The notes beneath the pieces were generated by a model. That model was not told the origin of the DNA, searched no databases, and was given only the letters and a program-made list of their open reading frames with translations. DNA of 64,000 nt from Chrysomallon squamiferum (taxonomy: Eukaryota > Animalia > Mollusca). Below are positions 51,036 through 64,000 of the stretch, piece by piece. How positions within the stretch are numbered: the stretch's first letter is position 1; each line of letters opens with the position of its first letter. Location: the NCBI GenBank assembly GCA_012295275.1, contig CM022677.1:14198001-14262000 (forward strand). The letters are read 5' to 3'. Made by a program: the position numbers and the translations under genes.

Positions 51036-51899
51036 TAGCTTCTTAATTTTACAGTCTACATGTTCGTAACTTGAAATCCTGTATATACGTTTTACTAAGA
51101 CTCATACTGATTACAGTATTTGTATACGCTAGTATATACAATTAGTTCGTGAAAATAGAGAATGATGAAATAAAAATGTAAGAACAAATTCACGTATTTT
51201 TTTATTTTTTATACATTATACGCCTTTATTGCACAAAAATTTCAACAAATAAAATGAAACAAATAAAAGACCGGAACAAACGTTTAATCATTTGGTTTGT
51301 CAGATAGTGTGCAAAATAAGCTGACGTCGAAATATTGAAATTCTTTGACTAACGGTCCAGGGCAAGTAACTCTAAATAATAAAAATGACAATCCAACTAA
51401 GATAATTCTCCTAAACAAATTTGTAACTTGAAAAATAATAAGAAAAACCAAAAATAATTGTCTTTGGACACCCTCATTCTACTTAACACTCTCTCTTCAA
51501 TCTGTATTTTCTTTGTCAATCTGTGTTGTTTTTTTTGTGTGAGTATGTTTGTGCTAATCTGTGTCTAAAGGCAGAACATGTACATAAAAGATATATATAT
51601 ATTTTTTTTTCATTTTTGTTTTTAATCAAGATAAATCAAATCAAAGTTCTGTTGAAAGGTTGATGCAAGCTGATTGACTACCAAAGAAACTGGCCACAGA
51701 GAAATTTACAAACCTGAAATATGTCAGTTTAAGAAAAGCAGAACTAAACTCTAGTACTCTTGGACGATTACCTTTGTTGATTACCTTTGTTTTATTTGTT
51801 TTGATTTTTTACCTTTTGTTGCTAGCTGAGATCGTCTTAATGTTCTCCCTGGTAGGTTTTATGCACGGGAAGGTTTTGCTACATCATTAACAAAACTTG

Positions 51900-54250
51900 A
51901 TTTGGATCATCATCGTCGCTAGATGATGATGTTATATCTAGATTTGTCTAGATTTGTCATTTCTTGCATTGTCTGACTGTTGTTCAAATACTTTTTCTGG
52001 TTGTGTGTAACATGGCTCTGTTTCATCTCCAACTTGTTCACCACCCTGATGTCTTTGTCATCTTCCAGAGGACAAAGTTTGTGTAACCTTCCATCTTGAT
52101 CCAGCATTTCAGTGACTCAGTACAGTTGACTTCTCCAGTGATCTTGAATGCTTTTTCCTGCCCTGGATGTTTACAAACATCGGATGAAATGGTGAAAATC
52201 CAGTTGTAGAATGAGTTGCAGCATTGTAGTAATAAACAAGCTGAGGTATGTACTCAGGCCATTTCTTCTTACATTCATTGGAAATTGTGCGGAGCAGATC
52301 ATGCAGTGTCCTGTTGAATCTCTCACACTGACCATTTCCTTCAGGGTGATATGGAGTGGTTCTGCTCTTTTTCACTCCATAAAGAGTACATAAACTACTT
52401 GTTACCTCCAATTCTAAGTTTCTACTTGGTCAGAGTGTAATCGTTCTGGAGCTCCATGTCACTGAATCCACCTGAGTATCTTTGCTGTGGTTTCAGCCGT
52501 CTGGTCTTTCCCAGTGAACTTGGTAAAATCATCAGTCATGACTAAGACATTTTCTTTGCCACGTGAAGATGGCGCCAACACTGTCAAATCCATGGCTACA
52601 ATCTCAACAGGTCTCGTAGCAATACGATGTCCCAAAGGTAGTTTCAGTTTGAATTGTGGCAGTTTAGTCATTTCACACCTTTCACACTCTTTACACCATT
52701 GTCCCACATCTTTGTGCATTGCAGGCCAGTTACATCTTCTAATAGGACTCATCCTTCTTTCAAAATCTTGGTGTCCTTCCTGATTATGTAAACTATGCAG
52801 AACTTTCTCCTTCATTATTCCTGGCAATTTGCTTCATTCTTCCAAAGTTGGGGTCCTTTACGTTTCTGTAAAGTTCACAGTTTTCAAGAAATAATCTGTC
52901 TCATCGTCAGATTAGTGTTAACAACCCAGATTCTTTTTAAATTCCTCTCAGCTCTGAACTGTTTCCTACCTCTAGCCATGTCTCAGCAGTCTCTTTATTA
53001 ACTTCACCAAGAGATCAAGTTTGAGCTTCGACTGGCAGAAGAAATAACCACTACTCGACCATCTTGCTCTTGAGATAGAACAGCTCCCAAACCCTGAAAA
53101 CCTGCATCAATCTCATCAATGAAAATCAGAGTAGCCTAAACTTGGAATTGTAGTCAGCTAAACTGTTGATGCATTGAAAGCATCGTCACAAGACTGATCC
53201 CTGCATTCCTGAAAAGCTTTCCGAGTTTCAGGAACCTTTCTGACAAGTTTTCCTTTCTTTTTCTTGCCACCACCTATCAGTGAATGCAGGGATGTGGCTA
53301 TGTTGGTAAAACTCATTGGACCTTCGATAGTAGCTGGTAAATCCAAGAAATGACCTCAGTTCTCTTGTTGGTATTTTCCAGTCTTTGACAGCTGAAACCT
53401 GATCAGAAATACCCGTCTCTGAAACAACATGGCCAAGATACTTAACCTCCTTTTTAAGCAAATGACACGTGTAGCCTACCAAATACCATTTCTAGCCTTT
53501 GGTCCATTTCGTCGAAGGTGCGTCCAAACACAAGAATGACTTCTAGATATACTATCAGAGACTGAAGGCTGTCTTCTCCCAGGCAAACCTGCATTAGCCA
53601 TTAGGCTACTCTGATTAAACAAACCCATGGAAATCCTGGTATATTAAAAAAAAAGAAAAACAAAAAAGGACGAACCAGCGCGAAATGCAGTCTTGGGAAT
53701 GTCTTCCTCTTTCTCTTCACTGAAGAAATCCATGTGCTAGATCGATGGAAGAGAAATACTTGGCGCCTTTCAATGTCTCAAGTGTTTCATCTACACGGGG
53801 AAGTGGATGCGCATCTTTGACAGGTTTTGCATTTAAGAGGCTGAAGTCTCAACGTTATGTTTCAAATGATTTTTGTAACATGTTTCCCTAATGGTAAAAA
53901 AATCAGCCCCGGTATCTCCGAAGGCAAAAGAGGATTATCAGCAGCCTCTTTAACCAGGATACCAAGAACAACGTTTATGCCAATCAACGGCCCAATTAAA
54001 AAAGGATTCCGCTGTATTACCCAGCATCTGTCGGTTGAGTTCCCGACTCAAATAGGGATTTCTCAGATGCAGATCTCGCTGACCATGTTAACATTCATCA
54101 TGTTCCAGCTGCTGACACAGTCTTAGCAATTCATGGCTGTACATCAGCAGAGATTCATCTGACCCATATTGTCGACTTCTTCTAAATATGAGCAGAGGAT
54201 TAAAGTTAGAATCTTTTAGAGTCGTTGTCTCTCGTACTTTCTAATCGAAT
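51900..54250 (-). mobile_element. Degenerate Gypsy/Ty3 LTR retrotransposon pol remnant
   Basis: RT region DAHPLPRVDETLETLKGAKYFSSIDL, VKYLGHVVSETGI and LRSFLGFTSYYRR. Integrase zinc finger LH...GH...WCKECERC and core SRTTPYHPEGNGQCERFNRTL. LTRs were not identified. Confidence 0.9.
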
Positions 54251-56417
54251 CTGAACGAATCTGATTCTCTTTGGCCTGCTCCCTAAACTGGGAATCGAGG
54301 TTTTGAAAATCTCGTCTAAGCTGTTCATAGCTACTCAAAACTACAGCATCACTTTACTTAAAAAATCAATTTAAAGATTTATGAAAACCGCTAAATTCTA
54401 TCTTACTAGACTTCAATGACCACAAAAGAGAAGATAATTTGACATATCGTTTAATTGTCTGAAATTAACATGTTTTTAGTTATTTATTTCTCCAAAAGCT
54501 CCATATTAACTTATAAACTATTATTCACTGGAATATAAAATAATATTTTACACAATCCCAAAGTACAGGTAGTCCTGAAGAAATTTTACCAATGGTTATA
54601 ACATACATGAACTTAACTTAATATTACTGAATTTTTAATTACATAAACATGTTATTATTTTTTTTTTTTTGTTATTCGTTTGAAAAAAAATGTAAATGTT
54701 CTTGGATCAATTTGGATCAATTTAGTAACCCTCTTCAGTTGGGAATCTCGTGACGTCAATCATGTAGTCTCAAATAATCGTCAACATCAAATTCTTTCTC
54801 TATGCCTGGTCACGTGAGTCCATTGGCCGTCTTTCACTTAATTTCTAAATGTCCGGGTTCAGTCCTAATTGACTTAAAATCCCACTTCTGACGCGAGAAT
54901 GTAACTGGGCGGTGAGGGGAAGCAAGCGGATCTCTTAGCTAGCTGTTCGTATAATATATATTCGTAATATATATGACTGTCTAAACAAAGGGCTTTATTA
55001 TTAGGTAATTTCTGCTATAACAATGTTAACATTTACAATATGGTAACTGTGGCATTTCAAGGAGGAGAAAACAGATTCATAAAACAAATCATAATAAAAA
55101 TTCTAGAGTTGGAGAACAAAAAAAAAAAAACATGAAGCCAGTACGAAAAAACCCAAAAGAACACAAAACAAACAACACCAGTGTCGCCACCTTCTAGTAG
55201 AAGTTTAAGGTCCTGCAGTGTCCAAGACCTAAGTGCAATCTTTGCTGTCCAGGCAGGCTGCAATTGCCCATATGACCGACCACGACCATACAGATGCCAC
55301 TTCTACTGGTAACGAAAGCTCCCAATAGGAGGCAGTCATCTTAATCTATCTTGGTAGCACTTACTTTTAAACCGATGAAGTTGTCCTCAAAGTACTCAAG
55401 TATTTGTAATACAGAGTTATGGTCATCAGCTTCTGATAGCGCTTCAAAAGCTGCAGTCACTTCATGCACTGGAACGAATGCAAAATCTTCATCAATTTCT
55501 TCATAACAACGAACTAGACTAATGAGTTAAACTTGGCGCCAGATGAAAGAAGCATCCAGACACAGTTCAGTTTAGCTTTACAAGCGTGTTGTCTTCTTCC
55601 TTCACACTCGTAAGAAGTCACTGCACCACTGAGTTCCTTCTGTCGGACATACACATAGTTTTCGAACGCAAGTTTTGGATGACCATACTCTGACGCTATG
55701 ACCTTATGTACTGTCTCATTCGTCTTAATTATTGATCAGTTGCCAAATCAAAGGAATCTTTAGCATTTAATTAACCTGAATTAGTAATTAGCTGACTTTC
55801 ATTAGCTTTGGTGTTAGATGATTTTTAATAATGTTTGCAGATTTTAACAGATCAAAGTAATCCAAATGCCCTGATCAATGTTTCAGCAGACGAATTTTGC
55901 TTTTTAGCAGCAGATTTCAAAGTAATCCAAATGCCTCTGATCAAGTTCAATTAGTAATTAGCTGACTCTAGGTAGTTTTGACGAATTTATTGGAATGTTG
56001 CTTTTAAAAATAACTTTGAAATGGTATATTTGAAGAAAAATGAGGGCAGTTGTCCTTAGGGGCAGTGTCCAGGGGCAATTGACCTGATACCATAAAAAAA
56101 GCTGTTCATGAATGTAAATGAACTTGCTTTAGAAATTCTGATAATGATGATTTCAGAGTTGACTTTGGTAATTAGTGTTATTAAACAGTGTTTTAAAGAC
56201 AAGAATCATTTTGAAAGGGGAAACTTTTCAAATTTTGATAATTGTTTTTCATTTGTTTAGATATTCTTAATAAATATCCCAAAACATCCATGTTTGAAGC
56301 TTGTTGCCAACGGTGAACAAATCATGAATGTGCTAGGAGACTTATTACCACTGTGAAAGTAAATCATTACTCAGTAAGGAAACATTATATAATTATAAAC
56401 ATAAGCGCTAACAGGTT

Positions 56418-58284
56418 TTACATGTGAACTGTCATGTTATTTAAAACTGACTGATTACCTGACAACAATACTGAGTAGCGCGTGCGCAATACTTCCAGAT
56501 GGATATCCGGACTGAGAGTCAGATGTTTGGATTCGCATCTTCTGAAAAGTGTAAACGTTTTTCCATGTACACCATTCAGGTTCTCCATGACGCCGAACAC
56601 GCTGGAGCTGTCCACCATGATGCTGTCGCTGTCTGTGTTTGCCCTCGTCGACGTACATTGATCGGAATGTGGCAAATGGAAATCCCTTACTGGACTGTTT
56701 AAATATGAGATCAGAAACAACGAGTTCCGTTCTGTCCACTTTCGAAATCAACGTCAGCTTTGCTTTTTCTCCATTTCTGTAAAGAATCTTCAGCTCTCGT
56801 TTATCGACGTCGATATCCACTTGATCAATGGGAGCAGCAGGTCTGATCAGGTCAACATCACATGTTCCAACCACAACTGATGTTCCAAACGGAATCCAGT
56901 CTAATCCTGCAGGAGGGAGGGGCAGCAGGCGTACGTTTCCATCTTGATAGATAACAAGTGTCTCACTGTAACCCTCTGACCAAGGAACTGGAAGAATTAT
57001 TTTAAAATAGTCTACTTTTCTATAAAGCTTGTCAGTATTTTTTACATATACTTTCATGGTTTCCGGATTTCTCCACCAAAAGTCTATATCAACACCTGTA
57101 ACAGTGAACTCGTTACTGGTGTATATAGGAAAATATTTTTCAGGTTTCATAGGTTTTCTTTCCAATTTTATTTCTTCCATACAAATGGAAAATACATCCT
57201 GTGCGGATAATGAAATTTTGATCAGATTTACGTTGTGTTCGATCCAAGAAAGGTTTGGGATTTTCCAATCGACGTTAGTTTTCCCGGGTTGTAAACCAGT
57301 TTCTTTGAGCGCAATTAAATTTTTGTTTCTGTCTCTGTATGAAACCTGTAATTTTACAAATGATGTCACTGGTTTGATTTTTAGACTGAAGACTGACCCA
57401 ATATCAGCATCTATGTAACCTTCTGATCTTCCTTTTAACCGGAATGAAATTTCAATTACGGCTATTTTCGATGTGTTAGGTAATGGATATACTTTCAAAG
57501 TTGCAGAATTGGAAAATAAATGATTATTTGTTTTATTCAAACAGAGGTGGGTAAAACTCCAGTAGACAGGAGACAAAGCAACACAGTCAGTATTATTTGG
57601 TTCTCTTCTGTTTACAAAAGCTTTATACACTGGTAGAGTAGCTATTAGTTTGTACTGTTTCACGCTGTCGAGGTATACTGGTATTTTGACGTTGTCCTCT
57701 TCCGCACATTTAGATGGGTAACTTTTCTGTCTAAGTTCAGCATTTTTGTCAACATTAATTTGAGGAGAAGAGTTCAGATGGGGCAGATCACTCGTACAGT
57801 GAAGTTTACACTGCAGCATGTCCTGCGCGAGACTGCTGTCATCAATATCTAGACTGACTGTGTTCAGTTCCACTCCATCAGATCCGTGAACCTGGAGCTT
57901 TAAAATATACCAACCTCTTTCCAGAATTACTGATCCTTTCATCTCGGTACTGGAATGAAAAACATTCCAGTTATCTCCAGCTGTTTCTGGTGATATGGTG
58001 ACAATGGATCCCATTTTCTTCTGGTTTAAAACTGCTGTGATGACTTCAGCATCGTTGCCATTGGAGTATCGTAAACTGGAGATTTTTACCGAGCTTGTTT
58101 TCTTCAGACAGAAGTAAAAATTAATGATTTCGTAGCCTGTTAAAAACACTACCTTCTTTGACAAAGCGTTTGATCGAAAATGTATTCGGTGTTTATCTCG
58201 AACCTCGGAGGCTGGTAATGGGTGAATGTTGCCCAGACATAATCTGCAGAACGCTAAAAGTAGAACGGTCTTCACAACATACAT
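56418..58284 (-). CDS. Second copy of the 621-aa secreted protein, with a +1 frameshift near 56639 (real or sequencing error)
   Basis: The true ATG is at 58284. About 14 aa differ from copy 1. gagggcaaacac replaces gagggcaacac, and the downstream frame stays intact to the same stop. Confidence 0.82.
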
Positions 58285-60456
58285 TTTTCCAAAGTTTGAA
58301 AAATAGTTACGTATGATTCTTAGATAAGAAGACACAACAGGGCCCGGCTGCTGCAGCTGAGCTGGTTTATACACGTTTGACGTCACTGTACTAATCGGTC
58401 TCCAGTCAGCGTTATGACTCCGTCGTTAAAAGAACTTGTCTGAAAGATCGTAATTTAATGTCAGCTGTTAACCTTGGTTATATTTAGTTTTATAAACTAA
58501 ATTTTATAATTAAATTCTTTAGCATAATAATATATACATACATACATAATATTACAGACACCAAACACACACACACATACACACACACACTCACATATAT
58601 ACTGGATAGACTACAAACATAAACAGATTATATACATAAATATACATACACGGGCACATGAACAAAAACATACACATCCCCCACTTTCATACATACAGTC
58701 ATAAAATACACAATCCCACATGCATGTGCTAATATGCAAACATAAAGACATATACACAGTCATGTTTTAAACTTGTCACGTACTCATTCACATAGACAGA
58801 CATATACACACCAGCAATAACTTATCTTCACGCATGATACATACACACAATATGCAAACACAGACTAACTCATACGTGTACATTGAGACACACACACACA
58901 CACACACACGCACATCTTCATTTTCTCTCAAATCATGCCCGATTTGTACCAAATGCTTAATTTTTATCAATTTTAACAATATTTACTTAAGAAGGTAAAC
59001 AAGCTATCAAAAGTACATTTTTTTTTCTTCTCCTTAATTCCACAATTTACTGACTTTGTTTTTTCTTTATAACAATTTAACATTTTACAAGTCTGAATTC
59101 ACTATTAATTACAAAGTGAATCAAAATGTAACTGAAAGAATAAAAATATAAATTATAGTATAAACTAATCGTAAGAAAGGAAATAAAAAAACTATTTCTG
59201 GATGGTTTGCAGATGAAATTATAAACAGGATCTCTTTTCTGTAAGTGAAAGTTTAATTATTTTTCTCTTTGTATTATTTTCTGAGTAAAACATAATCTAT
59301 GAAGAAGTTAATTTTATTTCTTTATAAAATAAAAGTATCAAAAATGAGGCTTATTTTAAGAAAAAATATATATATGTGTCACACATTATAATATAACTAA
59401 ACAAAATAAAATAAAAGTTTATAAACCTCTGGCATATTTTCTGTCTATATGTATAAATTTATATTTTATATACATGCTACATTATATATATAATATATTT
59501 TAAAAAAGAACAATAGTAAACTGTACACATCATGGACTAGCAAAAAAACTGTATAAAAAATATATATATACTATAAGAAAAAACTATTTTGTGTACAAAC
59601 GTTTCATTTCTTTTTTTAGTTTTTAATATCCAAAATTGTATCACCTCACATAAACTCCTGCAAACAAACACAAACACACACATACACATGAACTCACACA
59701 CCAACAACTGAAAGAAAAAGCATATTAAAAATAATTCTTTTTCTTGTACAAACATACATACAGAAAAATTAACTATAATCTAAACTAAAATTATAATCTC
59801 TTTCAAATAATTTATTATTTTTTATTATTAAACAATTATACATTATGGAGGATTTTAATGATTTTTCTAAATCACTGTTACATATATAAATATATATAAT
59901 CTTGATAGAGAATTAAGCAAAATATTTATTAATAAAAAAAAAAAAAACAAAAAAAAAAACTTTTTCCAGCACTAAATAAAACTTGGTTTTGGTACATTGT
60001 GCTATTTTCGGTAACTCGATATATTATATATTTGTTTTGTTTTTACATATACATACGTCTGGTTTAGACAAGTGTCCTGTGTACCCAGTTTCATGTGATA
60101 AATAGTAAAAAGTATACAATTACTATACCCTGCTAAACTAATAAATATTTCTCAAGCAAAATATGTAGACAAAGCTAGTGAACATAAAGAAACAAGATAA
60201 TATCTTTAAAAAAAATGTTTGTTAAATAATCTGTTTACAAATATTGGCGCAAAAACAAAAAATAATAATAATAATTAAAAAATAAATAAATAAATAAATA
60301 AATAGAGGCAATTATAAAAAAAAAAAAAAAAAAACCAAGAGTAATAAAACAGAGCAAGATTCTTTTTTATTTTTTCTTGGAGATAGTCCTGCAGTTTATA
60401 TCATAGATTAAACTGATGTATTATTCTAATCAGATTATCAGAATAATGGAATGTTG

Positions 60457-60517
<61 letters not shown>

Positions 60518-61724
60518 AAACTATACTCTTAAAGCGTCCAGGATTAATAGATAAAAAAAATAAAACAAATGTCTGTCATGGAAATAGTGACTCCAGGTTA
60601 TGAATTAAATTAAATAAAGTCCTGTAGGAAATACTAGGTAAATGAAATAATGTTTGATTTAAGGAACTAAACAGAATGATCAGCATCAAACAGAATAATT
60701 AGTAATTCAGAGGTTTGTATACTGTTGAACTTGAATAATCAATGATTCTGCTGTATTTATATTATTAGGTAAATGTATATGAAAGAGAGAGAGAGTAATA
60801 TTTTGATATAAGGAAAACAAAGATTAGTAAAAAAAAAACCTAGTATGGGCACAAAATCAGACACTTTTATATATTATTTTCAGTATAATTTAAAATATTT
60901 ATATATAAATATAGTTTATTAACAAAACCAAGAATTTAGTGTTTAATATACACATCATTATAAACAAATTATATGATGAACATCTATTGTACAGATAGAT
61001 CACATTAGACAATCTACTGATATATACTGTAGCTCAAAATATTCGGACGCTCTTTTTGCGATGGATTCTCAAAACCTTTAAGAAAATAGAAGATACTCCA
61101 GGAAGAGGAAGACAAGGATCCTGTATCACATACATGGTGAAGAAACTCTTACCTTATTAAATTATCAGTTTCAGCAGGTGAAGTGATTTTAAAAGATTTT
61201 AAGATCGCGAGTTTCCATCAGTTTGTTTACGAAACTTCCAGCTACTTTGTATGCTTTGTATAGGAACGCCAGTAACACTGTCTTCACAGCGCATAACTGA
61301 CGTCACAAAACTGACAAACACAACAACACCAAAAAACAAAAAAATGAAAAGTCGGACTCGATTGAAATGTTGTTCCACAAAACGTTTTGCCTCAGCAGGA
61401 TCAGTTACGAGCGATTTCTTTTCTCTTCTTTTCTTTTTATTGCAAATAATCAATTTTATTGACCTAATTCAAACAACATTCAAATTTTAATATTTTAAAC
61501 ACGATGTCAGGTGCCCCGAATCATTAGTTTAACCATCTGACTGGTTAAACAATGTAGATTTATTGAATTATTTATTGAATTATTAATTTAAAAACAGAAT
61601 AACTTAAATATTATTTTCTAAAGAGATATTGTAATTTTTTTTTTTTTTTTTTTGTCTTTTTATCTTTGCTAACAATACATTTTATATATTCAGCGTATCA
61701 CTCGTATTTCTTTCACTTGTTCAT

Positions 61725-61812
<88 letters not shown>

Positions 61813-62419
61813 ACATCCTTTCAAAAAAATACCATACAAATTCTATGACTATCTGTTTTAGTAATTTTTCTTGTTAATTGAAAGATTTTATTTATTTCAG
61901 GCAACTGAGTTTTACTACCAGACTTTGAACATACACTTGTTATTCAGATGTTATAATTACAAATGTTTATATTTTTTAAATAAATATAATTAAAGAGTTG
62001 TACTTTGCAGAATGACTTGGCGACACGTTGTCAAATAACGCGAGTTCCTTCTCTTCCTTATAAAAGCCCGAATATTTGTTTGTTAAGGATACGACAGACA
62101 CGCCCGCTGACCTGTCAGAAAGTGTGTCTGTCGTATACGTGCCTCACAACAGCTCGCCCTGATTAGCAAGTTAAATTTTTCCATTTCCATTTGTTCAGGC
62201 ACAGCGAGTTGTGTTTTCTTTACCAACGAAATTACTGTTCGGGATAGCAGTTGAAAATACGCTTCTCTCTGTGTGTGTGTGTGTGTGTATGTGTGTTTTG
62301 TTACCTTTTATTGTTATTTCTTCCTTTTCATCTTTTTTTTAATTTTTTTTTAATTTTGCTTTTATTGGTCTCTACTATTTTAAAAGATAATTGTCCTGGG
62401 TTGTATTTTTATATGTGTT

Positions 62420-63180
62420 TCACTGAGCAGACTGTAGTTTTTTCCTGTATAAAGGTTTGCATCGAAATGGGAAACTCTTGGCAGCTGAACAGGTTCGAGT
62501 GATTTATATTGACACAATACGAGGCAGCAGGGATCTGTATTTTAACGAGCATACATTTCGCGTAAATAAAAATAATGGGTAGAGAACAGACTGGAAATGT
62601 GTTGTTAACTCGCAGTGCAGAACCTACGTCGTGTCTGTGGACAACATGTTGCAGACGGCAGAACAGATGCAGCAACAACCACGCGGCCGTGCCATTCCAA
62701 TACATCCAAGAAAACTGCCATGAATAGGATTTCATTCCGCTCCTAGGACGTCAGATGACACTGAGAGATCTGCTCACAACGCTGCACGCGCTGTATTCCT
62801 CACCACACGACTCAGTCGTTTTTAGTTCCCAGTACACTCAAAGTATTTGGCGTCGTTCGCAAAACTAGGATTGGCTTCAGAATATATTGAAAACAGCGAT
62901 GTACAAAAGTCGTGCTTCAGCCCTTCCGATGATCCCGCTGAACAAAGTTGAGGATGTTTTGACACAGTTGCCGACAGTCACCAGCATGAAAAGGTAACAG
63001 TGCTGATAGACTACGTCACTAACACCTGGATGAAAGGGACGTGGACTCCAGAAATGTAGAAAAACTTTGGCAATGACGGTCTCCGAACAAATAACCACTT
63101 GGAAGGATGGCGCCATGAACTCAATCAAATCGCCCAGAAGAGTCATCCGACCACATCGAGAACTTTTGTATTTCAACTGC
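62420..63180 (+). pseudogene. MULE transposase remnant (mirror of 8040-8800)
   Basis: RTNNHLEGWRHELNQIAQKSHP on the plus strand. Confidence 0.65.
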
Positions 63181-63318
63181 GAACTGTTACTGCTTACAAA
63201 TGCATTGTGGTACAGAAGTAGTTCGTTGGAACCTTTTGACTGCACACAATGACAACCAGGTAAAAGGGAATTTAATGAGTACCGAGACGTAGGTAGATCC
63301 TAATTAGTACACAATTTG

Positions 63319-63497
63319 TTCTACGTCCCAAAGATACAGTGTCAGATATATTAACATGAAATCCCGCGAAGTAGAATTCATTTTAGCACCATTTATACCA
63401 GTTTTTCTACGTGTCAAAGATACAGTGACAGATATATTAACAACAAATCCCGCGACGTACAATTCATTTTAGCACCATTTATACCAGTTTTTCTACG
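63319..63497. repeat. ~86-bp tandem duplication, single-copy in the left arm
   Basis: caaagatacagtg.cagatatattaaca..aaatcccgcga.gta.aattcattttagcaccatttataccagtttttctacgt occurs twice. Confidence 0.85.
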
Positions 63498-64000
63498 TCC
63501 AGGGCCATACGATGACAAATATATTAACGTGGTATTTTAATGAGTTCTCTACAAATTATGTTTTTATGAATACAGTGTGATTGATATGTAATAAACGAAC
63601 ATTTTGTTAAGAATACTATTATAGTGATGATTTTTACACGGCATAATGGAAAAAGAGTTTTGTAGTTTACCTGATATTATAGATATTCAGATATTTAGGA
63701 TTTCTTCGATAATACAGTTACGCAGATCTAATAGTACGCTGTAAATTACAATAAAAGGTGAAGCAGTAATATTAACCGAATATTTTTAAAAATTCAGCTG
63801 TTTCCAGACTAACGTCCATTGTCTTATTAAAATAACAAGAATAAAAGTGAAAAGATGCTGGATTAGGTTGATATAAATAAGAAATTATATTGATAATTAG
63901 AGTTTATGCTGATAACTTTTATTTTATTAGTAACAGTATAGAAAAAGAAATGAAATCAGGAAGGACATTCCATAATATAACGAAGATTCTGGGCTTTTCC

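Larger units (their letters stand above)
54453..64000 (-). repeat. Right arm of the inverted segmental duplication (probably continues past the window end)
   Basis: Reverse complement of 6613-16876, with substitutions and indels. Confidence 0.95.

Noticed and set aside
58285-58386. 34-aa N-terminal extension in the 643-aa ORF call
   Set aside because: It starts at a GTG inside the CRE/TATA region, and the signal peptide begins at the ATG at 58284.

Overview
AT-rich, microsatellite-dense animal genomic DNA, probably molluscan (inferred from repeat motifs only), with a 200-N scaffold gap at 30558-30757. The main feature is an ~8.6 kb cluster of endogenous parvovirus-like DNA (39520-48144) built from two related but different molecules that share a terminal hairpin. 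Molecule B is complete from ITR to ITR (~3.1 kb) and encodes only a small ORF plus a capsid, with no replicase. Molecule A reads hairpin > small ORF > paralogous capsid > HUH Rep/NS1 on one strand, the reverse of the usual parvovirus order, and is truncated before the helicase. A second, inverted and truncated copy of B is fused head-to-head to A through the hairpin. This suggests a segmented, or helper plus satellite, PLA2-less parvovirus-like system with two capsid paralogues, conserved ATGA stop/start overlaps and a conserved overprinted ORF. A ~10 kb inverted duplication (6613-16876 vs 54453-64000) surrounds the cluster and carries two copies of a gene whose uninterrupted ORF encodes a 621-aa secreted protein. 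The rest is decayed transposons (Ginger-like, Tc1/mariner, MULE, hAT/Buster, Tc2-like MITE, I-group LINE, Gypsy) and simple repeats. All calls come from reading the sequence by eye; no searches were run.
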